Below are positions 49,075-59,102 of a stretch of DNA of 64,000 nucleotides, piece by piece. The translations under genes and the position numbers were made by a program. A model generated the notes under the pieces. It was given only the letters and a program-made list of their open reading frames with translations. It had not been told where the DNA came from and searched no databases. This DNA comes from Rhodothermales bacterium (lineage in GTDB: Bacteria; Bacteroidota; Rhodothermia; Rhodothermales; Bin80): NCBI GenBank assembly GCA_965218495.1, contig OZ244626.1, forward strand, positions 1,353,280-1,417,279, in the 5' to 3' direction. Position 1 is the first letter of the stretch. Every line of letters starts with the position of its first letter.

Positions 49075-51012
49075 ATGAGCGCACCGAGCGCAATTACACG
49101 GGCGGTCCTGCTCGTTTGCTTCTGTGCCATGCGTTGTCTGCTGTTTCTTGCGTTTGCGTTGTCGGCTTTGCCGGCTCAAGCCCAACGCCCCAGAGTACCG
49201 GACCGGGTAATCCAGGAGGAACTTAGCGCACCGGACAGTGCCCATGCTGCGCGGTTCAGGCTAGCCCAGTCCTTTGTGGGCGCCGCACAGATTGAGCGTG
49301 CTATTGCCATCCTCGAGGACCTCTATGCGGATCGTCCCTCTGACAACAGCTATTACAATGCGCTAAAAGAGGCCTACGAAGCTGTCAAGCGCTACGATGA
49401 CGCGATCTTCCTGATTGACGGCGCGCTTGCGCGCGACGTGCCAGGAGCCGAGCACCAGCTAGTCGTGGAGAAAGCACGCATACTCTACCTGAATGGAGAC
49501 GAACGGGGCGCGCTGGCAACATGGGACGGCGTTTTGGATAGTGCAGGAGACCAGGAACGCCTATATCGCCTCGTGTACGAAAGCATGATGCAGGTACGGC
49601 TGATTGACCGGGCCATCCTCGCCCTTGAACGCGGACGTGCAGGCACGGAGCGCCCTGAGCTGTTTCAGACGGAATTGGCGTACCTGCATAGCCTCGTCGG
49701 TGCACATGACAAGGCGATGGACGAATACCTGGCGCTGCTAAGTGTTAACGCACGGCAGATCAACTACGTGCGAGGCCGCCTGAGCCAGGCACTGCAGCAG
49801 GAGGGTGCCATGGAAGCATCCCTGCCCATCATCGACGCGCGCGTGAGGCACAATCCAGACATCCGCAGCTTTCGTGAACTCTTCGCCTGGATGCTGATGG
49901 AGGATAGCCAGTACCAGCGGGCCTTTGAAGAATATCGAATTTTGAGCCGCGAGGAGGAGGAGGAGGGGCGCATACTCTACGACTTCGCTACACAAGCCGC
50001 CGACATGGGCGCCTTTGAGATAGCAGCCACGGCCTTTGGCGAAGTGCTGGATGAGCATCCAGACGCTCCGGTCGCAGCCGACGCGCAGCTTGGCCTGGCC
50101 GGCATGCACCGACGGCACGGAGACAAGCTCGCCGAGAGCACCGGCGCAGACGCCGCGCTGCCGCACTACGAAGCCACGGTTGCTGCCTATCGCTCTTTCT
50201 TGAACTGGTTTCCGGGACACACCGAGTATCCTGAGGTGCTGCGGCGCATCGGAGACTTGCAGCAGAATGTCTTCTTCCGGCATGACGACGCAGAACTGAC
50301 GCTACTGGAGGTGGTACGCCGCTATCCTAACAGCGCGGCTGCACATCAGGCACGCTTTGACCTGGGCCGTCTGGCTATTGATCGCAATCAGTTGGAGGCG
50401 GCGCGCATAATTTTCGAGTTGCTGGAGGCAGACCTCGGCCGCCATAACACGCTCGCCGACCGTGCCAGTTTTGAACGTGCACTGATCCACTTCTACCAGG
50501 GCGAGTTGGCTATAGCCGGAGTGCTGCTGTCTTCCATCAAGCAGAAGACTACATCGGATGTGGCAAATGATGCGATCGAGCTCCGCGTGCTGCTGTTAGA
50601 GAATCCGGGCCCCGACTCTGCCAACGCTGCAGTGCAGCAGTTTGCGGCGGCAAAGTTGCTCTTTCGCAGGCGCCAGGTTGAGGAAACCATTGACGCAACG
50701 GACAAGCTGCTGGGATATTGGGGCCAACACCCCATAGCCGACGATACACGCTATCTGCGCGCCCAGGCGCTGCGTGCGGCGCACCGAACCGATGAGGCGC
50801 TGCTAGCCTTTGGGGAACTCCCGCTGGTTCACGCCAACAGCCCGTTGGCGGACCGAAGCCTATACCAGTATGCCACCATCCTGGATGACGAGATGGGAAG
50901 GCCAGCGGAAGCGCTCAAGGCATATTATGATCTCCTTTTGCGGTTTCCTGGCTCGCTGCTTGTGCCTGAAGTTCGGGAGCGCATACGCTCCCTGCGAAGC
51001 GAGGGAGTATAG
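49075..51012 (+). CDS. Secreted TPR-repeat protein
   Basis: Signal-like MSAPSAITRAVLLVCFCAMRCLLFLAFALSALPAQA, then repeated A/L/Y-rich helical-pair motifs along the whole length. The track ORF starts at 49024. Confidence 0.6.
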   Translation: MSAPSAITRAVLLVCFCAMRCLLFLAFALSALPAQAQRPRVPDRVIQEELSAPDSAHAARFRLAQSFVGAAQIERAIAILEDLYADRPSDNSYYNALKEAYEAVKRYDDAIFLIDGALARDVPGAEHQLVVEKARILYLNGDERGALATWDGVLDSAGDQERLYRLVYESMMQVRLIDRAILALERGRAGTERPELFQTELAYLHSLVGAHDKAMDEYLALLSVNARQINYVRGRLSQALQQEGAMEASLPIIDARVRHNPDIRSFRELFAWMLMEDSQYQRAFEEYRILSREEEEEGRILYDFATQAADMGAFEIAATAFGEVLDEHPDAPVAADAQLGLAGMHRRHGDKLAESTGADAALPHYEATVAAYRSFLNWFPGHTEYPEVLRRIGDLQQNVFFRHDDAELTLLEVVRRYPNSAAAHQARFDLGRLAIDRNQLEAARIIFELLEADLGRHNTLADRASFERALIHFYQGELAIAGVLLSSIKQKTTSDVANDAIELRVLLLENPGPDSANAAVQQFAAAKLLFRRRQVEETIDATDKLLGYWGQHPIADDTRYLRAQALRAAHRTDEALLAFGELPLVHANSPLADRSLYQYATILDDEMGRPAEALKAYYDLLLRFPGSLLVPEVRERIRSLRSEGV

Positions 51013-51017
51013 CGGGC

Positions 51018-52280
51018 ATGAAGCACATTGCGCTAAGCCTATTGTTCGCCTTGTTCGCCGCCGCCTCTGCTCGGGGACAGGATGTACTCATCCCCATGGA
51101 TGGGCAGCAGTCCAATCACCTCAAAGCCTATGGCCTGGCATATTGGGCGCTGCAACAGGGAGAAACCATCGACTGGCTACTGAATTTCCGTGGTGGCTCC
51201 TTTCTTCTTCGGGAATTTCCGCGGCTGGAGAGCGAACTGGTGCTGCGTAACGTCACCTTTCGGCGTCTGGGCGGAAGCGAAGCTGCCGTGCTCATTGCCG
51301 AGGTGGAAAGCGAGCGCGCCAACACCGCGGTCGTGCGATTGGAAAAGCCACCGCGCATCGCGGTGTACGCTCCGCAGCAAACCCTACCCTGGGATGACGC
51401 GGTGCTGTTGGCACTCACGTATGCCGAAGTGCCCTACGAGATGATCTACGACGACGACGTGCTCAGCGGCAGCCTGCAGTATTTTGACTGGCTGCACCTG
51501 CACCATGAGGACTTCACCGGGCAGTACGGAAAGTTTTACCAGTATCGGAACATGCCGTGGTACATCGAGCAGCAGCGTGAGGCCGAAAACGCTGCACGCC
51601 GCCGTGGCTTCCGCAAGGTCAGTCACCTCAAGCTGCTGGTAGCCCAGACAATTCGGCAGTACGTCATGGAAGGAGGCTTCCTTTTTGCCATGTGCTCCGG
51701 GACCGATACTTATGACATCGCCCTGGCCGCACTGGATACCGACATCGTGCCTGCCGAATATGATGGGGACCCTATAGACCCTGGCGCCTTGAGCAAGCTG
51801 CAGTTTGCCGAAACGTTCGCGTTTACGGGCTTCAGGCCCAGCTTCAATGCCTCAGAGTACGAGCATTCCGACATTGACACCGGCCCCCCACCCCCGCAGC
51901 TGCAAAACCCAGCGCTGGACTACTTCACGCTCTTCGAGTTCAGCGCCAAATGGGATCCGGTGCCCACGATGCTGACCCAAAACCATGTGGCAACGGTAAA
52001 AGGATTCGTCGGGCAGACCACAGCGTTTCGAAAGCAGGCTATCAAGCCCGGTGTTGTCTCGCTTGCCGAGGCGCCCTTGCGCAATGAAGTGAAGTACCTG
52101 CATGGATCTTTCGGTCAGGGCACGTTTACCTTCTATGCGGGGCATGACCCGGAAGACTACCAGCACTTTGTGGGCGATCCGCCGACAGACCTGAATCTGC
52201 ACAAGAATTCGCCCGGGTATCGGCTTATCCTGAACAACATCCTTTTTCCTGCCGCCAGAAAGAAAAAACAGAAGACGTGA
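51018..52280 (+). CDS. Conserved hypothetical secreted protein (function unknown)
   Basis: 420 aa with signal peptide MKHIALSLLFALFAAASARGQ. The ...GGFLFAMCSGTDTYDIALA... segment is faintly reminiscent of a GATase1-type nucleophile elbow, but this is not supportable by eye. Confidence 0.4.
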   Translation: MKHIALSLLFALFAAASARGQDVLIPMDGQQSNHLKAYGLAYWALQQGETIDWLLNFRGGSFLLREFPRLESELVLRNVTFRRLGGSEAAVLIAEVESERANTAVVRLEKPPRIAVYAPQQTLPWDDAVLLALTYAEVPYEMIYDDDVLSGSLQYFDWLHLHHEDFTGQYGKFYQYRNMPWYIEQQREAENAARRRGFRKVSHLKLLVAQTIRQYVMEGGFLFAMCSGTDTYDIALAALDTDIVPAEYDGDPIDPGALSKLQFAETFAFTGFRPSFNASEYEHSDIDTGPPPPQLQNPALDYFTLFEFSAKWDPVPTMLTQNHVATVKGFVGQTTAFRKQAIKPGVVSLAEAPLRNEVKYLHGSFGQGTFTFYAGHDPEDYQHFVGDPPTDLNLHKNSPGYRLILNNILFPAARKKKQKT

Positions 52281-52822
52281 GCAGACATACGGACACAAAG
52301 ACGGTAGCGCAGTCGCGCACGCGTATGACGGAGCTGGTGCTTCCGAACGACACAAACCCCCTTGGAACGATGTTCGGGGGCAGCCTGCTATACATTATGG
52401 ATAAGTGCGCAAGCATCTGTGCGCTTCGACACGCCGGGCGCGTGAGTGTTACGGCGTCCATTGACTCGGTGGAGTTTCACCAGCCGCTTCACATGGGTAA
52501 TGTGGTCTTGGTGGAGGCTTGGGTCAACCGGGCTTTTCGCACATCCATGGAGGTCGAAGTGTTGGTTTCGACAGAGGAGATGGGCACCCGCGAGCTGAAA
52601 CAAGCCAACCACGCGTATTTTACCTTTGTCGCAATCGATGAGCAAGGGCGTCCCGCAGTGGCGCCTGTCCTGCGCCCCGAAACGGAAGACGAAAAGCGCC
52701 GCTATAATCAGGCGGGCCTGCGCCGTGAGGTTCGCCTGTACTTGGCGGGCCGGCTTGCACTCAAAGATGCCCCGTTGGTTCGAGACGACCTGATCGCTAC
52801 CCTGCAGGCACGAGACCTCTAG
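52277..52822 (+). CDS. Acyl-CoA thioesterase (hotdog fold, YciA/BFIT-like)
   Basis: ...TELVLPNDTNPLGTMFGGSLLYIMDKCASICALRHAGR.VTASIDSVEFHQPLHMGNVV... Confidence 0.8.
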   Translation: MSRHTDTKTVAQSRTRMTELVLPNDTNPLGTMFGGSLLYIMDKCASICALRHAGRVSVTASIDSVEFHQPLHMGNVVLVEAWVNRAFRTSMEVEVLVSTEEMGTRELKQANHAYFTFVAIDEQGRPAVAPVLRPETEDEKRRYNQAGLRREVRLYLAGRLALKDAPLVRDDLIATLQARDL

Positions 52823-52829
52823 TGCATAG

Positions 52830-53768
52830 GTGCAGTGCTCCATGATGTTCGAGCGAATACTTGTGACGGGTGCAAATGGGCTGCTGGGGCAGGCGCTGGT
52901 AAGACGCCTCTCGACATCGGCCCTGTACGATGTGCTGGCTACGAGCAACAACCCTGAGCCTCGCTTCGCCAACCTCTCCTGCGGGTATATCCGCATGGAT
53001 ATTCGTGATCGTGAGTCTGTCGCCAGGGTCTTTGAGGACTTCACGCCAACGACTGTCATCAACTGCGCAGCCATGACACAGGTGGATCGCTGCGAAACCG
53101 ATCGCAGTGAGTGTTGGCGCGTGAACGCTCGCAGCGTCGAGCGCATTGCCAGAGAGTGCCACGGTATCGGCGCACGCCTGATCCAGGTTTCTAGTGACTT
53201 TGTCTTTGACGGCGAGGCGGGTCCATATTCCGAAACCGACCGACCCAGTCCCCTGAACTTCTACGGCAAGGCCAAACTCGCCGGTGAAAACGCTGCTCGT
53301 GACGCCGGCATTGGCAAATGGGCCGTTGTGCGAACCAACGTGGTATACGGCGCCGGGCGCAACCTGCCCCGCAATAACTTTGTCTCGTGGGTTCGGCAAG
53401 AACTCGAACGGGGACACCCGATCAACGCCTTCGTGGACCAGGTGCGGACGCCAACCTACGCCTACGACCTTGCCAAGGGTATTGAGCGCATTGTCCGATT
53501 TCACAAGCGGGGCATCTACAACATTTCAGGCTGCGAGCTTGTCAGCATGTATCGGTTTGCCCATAAGGTGGCAGCTGCCTTTGGCCTTGACTCTTCGCTG
53601 GTGAGTCCAATTGACTCAAGTGACCTGGTGCAGACCGCCCAGCGTCCCAGAACCACTGGCTTTATCATCCTCAAGGCCGAGACGGAGCTCGGCTTCAAAC
53701 CCCATTCCATTCCCGCGGCGCTGGCCCATATGGAGCGTCGCATCTCTGGTGATTTATGCTTGACTTGA
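52830..53768 (+). CDS. SDR-family sugar-nucleotide reductase, RmlD (dTDP-4-dehydrorhamnose reductase)-like
   Basis: ...ILVTGANGLLGQAL..., ...VINCAAMTQVDRCE..., ...LIQVSSDFVFDGEAGPYSE.D.PSPLNFYGKAKLAGE.... Confidence 0.7.
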   Translation: MQCSMMFERILVTGANGLLGQALVRRLSTSALYDVLATSNNPEPRFANLSCGYIRMDIRDRESVARVFEDFTPTTVINCAAMTQVDRCETDRSECWRVNARSVERIARECHGIGARLIQVSSDFVFDGEAGPYSETDRPSPLNFYGKAKLAGENAARDAGIGKWAVVRTNVVYGAGRNLPRNNFVSWVRQELERGHPINAFVDQVRTPTYAYDLAKGIERIVRFHKRGIYNISGCELVSMYRFAHKVAAAFGLDSSLVSPIDSSDLVQTAQRPRTTGFIILKAETELGFKPHSIPAALAHMERRISGDLCLT

Positions 53769-55045
53769 AAGCTCTCAGAGAGACGCCCGATGTTGTTAAA
53801 CAGGCGCTGAAGAGCAGAGGCTGGGATGACACCAGCGTGGTAGACCAAGCATTGGCCCTCGATAAGGAGCGACGTGCACTGATTACAAGGCATCAGGAGC
53901 TCCAAGCCCGCAACAAGAGAGCTGCCAAGGCTATTGGTGCGCTATTACGGCAACGTGAGTTTGCGGCAGCCAAAATCCGGACTCTGGCACAGGCTGGACT
54001 AAAGGAGGATGCAAAGAAGGTTGCCGCGCAAGAGGAAGCCACGCAAAAGGCATTGGGCGACCTGCTCCTAGCCATTCCAAACGTGCCGCATGCGTCCGTC
54101 CCTGTCGGGCGCACAGCCGCGGACAACACGCTGGCGCACGAATGTGGTACCCGCCCGGAATTTGAATTCGATCCGCATCCTCATTGGGATTTAACTGAGC
54201 GGCTTGGAATGGTTGACTTTGCGCGGGGCGCCAAGGTCGCCGGGGCAGGCTTCCCATTCTACTATGGAAACGGCGCCAAACTGCAGCGTGCGCTCGTCCA
54301 GTTTTTTCTCGCAGAAGCAGAAGCGGCAGATTACTTTGAACTTCAGGTGCCGCTGCTGGTCAACGAAAACAGCGTACTCGGTACGGGGCAACTCCCCGAC
54401 AAGGAGCGGCAGATGTATCACCTAAGGGGCGACAACCTGTACCTGATCCCAACGGCTGAAGTACCTCTGACCAACTTCTACCGTGACGAGATTGTCAGCG
54501 AAATGGACTTGCCAATAAAGGTCTGCGGCCATACGCCGTGTTGGCGCCGCGAAGCGGGCTCCTACGGCAAAGACGTGCGCGGATTGAACCGGCTGCACCA
54601 GTTCGACAAGGTAGAAATCGTACAGATCGTTCACCCCGAGCACAGCTACGAGGCACTGGAAGAGATGGTCCGACATGCAGAACGACTGCTGGAGAAGCTG
54701 GAACTACCGTACCGCAGATTGCTCATGTGCACCGGCGACATGGGATTCAACCAGACCAAGCAGTTCGACCTAGAGGTTTGGAGCGCAGGGCAAAAGCGGT
54801 GGCTGGAGGTGTCGTCCGTGTCCAACTTTGAGACATTTCAGTCAGAGCGCCTGCATCTGCGCTATCGCCCTGAACGCGGAGGCAAGCCCCGCTTGCCGCA
54901 TACCCTGAATGGCAGCGCCCTGGCGCTTCCGCGCATAGTGGCAGCCATCCTTGAAAACAACCAGCGGGCTGACGGATCCGTTAAGATTCCATCGGCTGTC
55001 AGCCGCCACGCCGCCATGGGCGACTCTTGGGTAATCGGCCCGTAG
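53756..55045 (+). CDS. serS: Seryl-tRNA synthetase
   Basis: N-terminal coiled-coil arm, then class II motifs ...GAGFPFYYG..., ...YLIPTAEVPLTNF..., ...CWRREAGSYGKDVRGLNRLHQFDKVE... and ...LNGSALALPR.... Confidence 0.9.
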   Translation: MLDLKALRETPDVVKQALKSRGWDDTSVVDQALALDKERRALITRHQELQARNKRAAKAIGALLRQREFAAAKIRTLAQAGLKEDAKKVAAQEEATQKALGDLLLAIPNVPHASVPVGRTAADNTLAHECGTRPEFEFDPHPHWDLTERLGMVDFARGAKVAGAGFPFYYGNGAKLQRALVQFFLAEAEAADYFELQVPLLVNENSVLGTGQLPDKERQMYHLRGDNLYLIPTAEVPLTNFYRDEIVSEMDLPIKVCGHTPCWRREAGSYGKDVRGLNRLHQFDKVEIVQIVHPEHSYEALEEMVRHAERLLEKLELPYRRLLMCTGDMGFNQTKQFDLEVWSAGQKRWLEVSSVSNFETFQSERLHLRYRPERGGKPRLPHTLNGSALALPRIVAAILENNQRADGSVKIPSAVSRHAAMGDSWVIGP

Positions 55046-55137
55046 GCCCTAGTGCCGGGCAACGCCCGCTACTCCAGGAACAGTCAAGTGCACGCGCTGT
55101 AGCATCCTTGTTACCAACAACACGCGCCATCCCTTCT

Positions 55138-57417
55138 TTGCGCATTCTGGGGCGGTATCTGTGTCTGGCTTGCACAATTCTTGCCATCGGCAGCCAGGCC
55201 ACGTTTGCACAGGACGACGTCTCGCTTAGCGGCTTTGTGACCGACGCCGAGACCGGCGAGTCACTGATTGCGGCGAACATCTTCATAGAAGACCTGCTTC
55301 GCGGCGTATCAACCAACACGTCCGGGTACTACGCCATCACGAATCTGCCGGCGGGGCAGTATCGGATGCGATGCACATACGTCGGGTACCAGACGATTCA
55401 CCGCGTGCTCACGCTTGATTCGGGAGAGCAGCTTCGACTCGACCTCGAACTCGTTCCCACTTCATCCTCCTTCGGCGAAATTGTGGTGACGGCGGAGCAG
55501 GTACTGGAAGACGAGGCGCGCAACCTCGGCGTCGCGGCGCTGAATGTCGAAACAATCAGGCTGCTGCCTGCAGTCTTCGAGCCGGATGTTTTCCGATCGT
55601 TGCAACTGCTCCCGGGAGTCAAAGCGGCATCCGATTACTCCAGCGGCCTGTACGTACGTGGTGGTAATCCTGGCCAGACCAACATCCTCCTGGATCGTAC
55701 CAAGATCTACAACCCCAGCCACTTCTTCGGGGTCTTTTCCACATTCAATCCTGACGCCATCAAGGACATCAGGCTATACAAAGGAGGCTTCCCTGCCAGT
55801 TACGGTGGAAGCCTCGGATCCGTTCTGGATATCACGAACAAGGATGGCAACCGGCGTGAGCGGCACGGCGCGTTCAGCCTGGGAATTTTAGCCGCTCGCG
55901 GCATCATTGAAGGGCCCCATCCCAAGGGCTCCTACATGTTCGCAGCGCGACGATCCACCCTTGAGCCGCTGCTAGCGGCATTCAAAGACACACAGGGCAT
56001 TCCCGAACGCTTCTACTTCTACGACCTGAACGCAAAGGTCAACTTTGACCTTACGCAAGACGACATACTGTCCATTTCCGGCTATCGTGGGGCGGACAAG
56101 CTGGAGCTCGAACTGTTAGACGATGCCCTACTTGACCTCCGGTACGGCAACGGAACCATAACCGGCAACTGGACGCACCTTTTTTCCGAAAAGCTCCTTT
56201 CCAACCTTACCGTCACAAATTCGGCGTACTTCTCGACGCCGAAGGCGTTCTTTGGTGGCACGGAGATAAGCCAGGAAAACCGAATCTACGACACGTCGAT
56301 TCGCAGTGACCTCCAGTACTATTCCGGCACAAGGCACGACTTGGAGCTTGGCTTCTGGGCCGGCCAGTTCATTGCGCCGCTGCGCACGTATTTTGACAAC
56401 AACCAGGCATTCTCATGGCGCCGCAAGGTCCGGTACGCTTCTGCTTATATCCAGGACACCTTTAGGCCCTCGCATGACTGGATGCTCAAGGCCGGTATTC
56501 GTGGCAGCTTTGTGGAGGACGGCAGCCATTACCGGGTCGAGCCGCGCCTCTCTGTCGAACACCACCCTTGGGAGCGCGTACGCCTTCAGGCTGCTGCGGG
56601 TCGGTACTACCAGTACCTTACCCTGGTGACCAATGAGACTTTTTCCGGCTTCGATTTCTGGCTTACCAGCGCAGAAGGCATCCAGCCTGCGTATGGAGAT
56701 CAGTTCATCCTAGGTGCAAAGATCACCCTCGCCGCCGGCCTGACCCTGGACACCGAGGTGTATTATCGCACTATGCGTGAGCTGTTCGAGCCGGATCCAT
56801 TTCTGAATGACGCGGCAGGCTTCGATTACGCGGACCTGTTCCTGATCGGAAAGGGTTGGGCCTCGGGCTTCGAAGTGCTGCTGCAACGCACCCGTGGGCG
56901 TTTCTTCGGCTTTGTGGCCTATACTCTTGGGCAGACGGAGCGTACGTTTCCGACTATTAACACGAACAGCCTTGGTGTTGCCCTGGGGTACCCGCCCAAG
57001 TATGACCGGCGGCATGATCTCAAGACGGCGCTGAGCTACGATCTGGGCCGACAGTGGATATTCAGCACGGTATTTACGTATGCCACCGGCCAGGCGTTTA
57101 CGGAGCCAGTTGCACGCTACCATCTCTACCTTACGGAGTTGGCGCTCGGCCAAGTAGAAACGGTCGTGCTCCTGGCGCCAAGCCTTAACGCGGCGCGTCT
57201 GCCTGCCTACCACCGGCTGGATGCCGGCATCAAGAAAGGCGGACGTTTTTTTGGCTTTGCGGATTATGAGCTGCAGGTGCAGGTCATCAACGCCTACAAG
57301 CGGCGCAACGTTTGGTTTATCGTGTATGACCTTGAGGAGGACGGCGAGATTGATCAGACAGTAGTGCCGCAGATTCCGATCCCGTTGCCGAATTTTTCTT
57401 TCTCCCTGACCTTCTGA
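55138..57417 (+). CDS. TonB-dependent receptor with N-terminal carboxypeptidase-regulatory-like domain
   Basis: ...LSGFVTDAETGESLIAANIF...GYYAITNLPAGQYRMRCTYVGYQ... is the CarbopepD_reg-like domain. A plug and a 22-strand-like barrel follow, ending ...NFSFSLTF. The start is uncertain (TTG at 55138 gives a signal peptide; the track ORF starts at 55027, overlapping serS). Confidence 0.8.
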   Translation: MRILGRYLCLACTILAIGSQATFAQDDVSLSGFVTDAETGESLIAANIFIEDLLRGVSTNTSGYYAITNLPAGQYRMRCTYVGYQTIHRVLTLDSGEQLRLDLELVPTSSSFGEIVVTAEQVLEDEARNLGVAALNVETIRLLPAVFEPDVFRSLQLLPGVKAASDYSSGLYVRGGNPGQTNILLDRTKIYNPSHFFGVFSTFNPDAIKDIRLYKGGFPASYGGSLGSVLDITNKDGNRRERHGAFSLGILAARGIIEGPHPKGSYMFAARRSTLEPLLAAFKDTQGIPERFYFYDLNAKVNFDLTQDDILSISGYRGADKLELELLDDALLDLRYGNGTITGNWTHLFSEKLLSNLTVTNSAYFSTPKAFFGGTEISQENRIYDTSIRSDLQYYSGTRHDLELGFWAGQFIAPLRTYFDNNQAFSWRRKVRYASAYIQDTFRPSHDWMLKAGIRGSFVEDGSHYRVEPRLSVEHHPWERVRLQAAAGRYYQYLTLVTNETFSGFDFWLTSAEGIQPAYGDQFILGAKITLAAGLTLDTEVYYRTMRELFEPDPFLNDAAGFDYADLFLIGKGWASGFEVLLQRTRGRFFGFVAYTLGQTERTFPTINTNSLGVALGYPPKYDRRHDLKTALSYDLGRQWIFSTVFTYATGQAFTEPVARYHLYLTELALGQVETVVLLAPSLNAARLPAYHRLDAGIKKGGRFFGFADYELQVQVINAYKRRNVWFIVYDLEEDGEIDQTVVPQIPIPLPNFSFSLTF

Positions 57418-57424
57418 CGGTATT

Positions 57425-58321
57425 TTGCGCGCAATCCGCTTTTACGCGCCTATCCTGTTTGCCCTGGTAGCAACAGGTTGCGATTCAGTCGGCAACCAGC
57501 AGCTGGATACGGTCTTCGTCGTGGAGTCCATTTTGGTTGCGGGGCAGCCTTTGCCGCCCTTGCTCTTAAGCAGGGTTGGCGACATTGACGAGAAGTATCT
57601 GTTCGAGGCGCACGCCGAGCCTGGTGCCCAAGTCACGGTACTTGTGACGGGAGCAGTGGCCAACGAAACCGTGCGCTATCAAGAGCTAATAGATGTGCCA
57701 GGCGTATACATTCCGAGGAACTATGACTACCCCGTACTGCCGCTCCACCAGTACGACCTAACGATCCAGCCTGCGACCTCTACGCAGCCCATCACGGCTT
57801 CGACAGTGGTACCCGACACCTTCAGCATTGCGAGTGTCTCGCAGACTGAGGTAATCTATCAGAGCAGCAATCAGCTCCGTTTCCGCATAACACCTAGCCA
57901 CTACCCTGGGCGAGACCAGAGCTACTTCATCTTTGTCACGGAGGCAGTAGACGCATTTGAATCAAACCTCGTGCCGTTTGCGAAGGAGCGGTTCGATGAT
58001 GGAGATGGCGAATCGCTGGAGGAGTTGCGCGTCAACCCATCACCCATCATCAACGAAGACAACTACGAAGTCAATGATGATGGCACGCTAAACCTGCGGT
58101 ATCCGTGGGTTGGCATCAACTTCTTTGGGCCCAACATCGTCCATGTGAATGTGCTGGATGACAACCTGTACAACTTTGAGCGCTCCCGCGCCGTCCAGGA
58201 GGGTGGCTCCACGTTTGCTCCCGGCGAGATTCCCAATCCTCTGCCGCATGTCAATGGCGCCCATGGCCTGTTTGGCAGCCAGGCGCGTGTTTCGGCGCAG
58301 TTTACGGTGATTAGGCCCTAG
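57425..58321 (+). CDS. DUF4249-like lipoprotein (TBDR partner)
   Basis: Lipobox MRAIRFYAPILFALVATGCDS. The size and the position directly after a CarbopepD_reg-TBDR are typical of DUF4249. Confidence 0.5.
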   Translation: MRAIRFYAPILFALVATGCDSVGNQQLDTVFVVESILVAGQPLPPLLLSRVGDIDEKYLFEAHAEPGAQVTVLVTGAVANETVRYQELIDVPGVYIPRNYDYPVLPLHQYDLTIQPATSTQPITASTVVPDTFSIASVSQTEVIYQSSNQLRFRITPSHYPGRDQSYFIFVTEAVDAFESNLVPFAKERFDDGDGESLEELRVNPSPIINEDNYEVNDDGTLNLRYPWVGINFFGPNIVHVNVLDDNLYNFERSRAVQEGGSTFAPGEIPNPLPHVNGAHGLFGSQARVSAQFTVIRP

Positions 58322-58543
58322 CCTGCCTTCCGCAGGCGTCTACACGCACGGAAGTACTGGCCCGTTGAGCCCCGGCAGTGGAGCAACACATGTGTCGTCC
58401 GAATTGCCGGCCGCACATGCACGCTTGCCGACTCGCATGCAGAAAAGGACCACCTACCAAGGCTAGATTGGCCACTCAGCTTCGTTAGCCTTGGGCACTG
58501 CCCTTGCCCATGGGCGCTCGGGTTACTAAGGGACTTGGAGCAA

Positions 58544-58828
58544 TCAGCCAGGCGGTCTACGTTGCCATCGCAAGGGAAAACCGATGCCAACTAGAATCGA
58601 CAACGCACGGCTCCCTCCCTTGCTGTCAATCCTTAACCCACGCTGGTAGAGCGGTGTTAGTCCATAGTTGTACAGGACGTCTAGTGACAGTGACCAAGAA
58701 CGTGACGTTGCTATGTTTATGCCGGCACCTCCTATTATCCCTAAGTCCGTTACCCGTAGCACTCGGACAAGCATGTCGGGACAGTCTATAGAACGCGACT
58801 CGGCGGCTCGTTTCTGCGTGTACTTGGC
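58544..58828 (-). CDS. Beta-barrel OMP, exon 2 (C-terminal strands)
   Basis: ...VTDLGIIGGAGINIATSRSWSLSLDVLYNYGLTPLYQ...SRALSILVGIGFPL... aligns with the C-terminus of the paralogue at 15807-16448. It is in frame with exon 1 once the intron is removed. The boundary could be 58834 if the 3' splice site is 6 nt upstream. Confidence 0.7.
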   Translation of the reverse strand, partial: AKYTQKRAAESRSIDCPDMLVRVLRVTDLGIIGGAGINIATSRSWSLSLDVLYNYGLTPLYQRGLRIDSKGGSRALSILVGIGFPLRWQRRPPG

Positions 58829-59102
58829 ATCGCGGTAGCCCCCGGATTTCCCGGGGGCCCCGCACAGATCCGGACGTGCGCGTTAACGCATCCGGCTCCT
58901 CCCTTGGGTCGCGCCGTCGCGCATGACGTTAGCAGGTCGGCAAACCGACCCGCAGCCGTAACCGATCCGTCCCCTGTGACACGCAGTATCCGACGCTGTG
59001 TCCGGTACGTGTGAAACTTCACGATTTCCCCTTGGGTGCGACGCTTCGCTCCACTGACTCCGCCACGAGGGCACCCCCGCTTTGTTCGCCGGCTTCATAG
59101 CT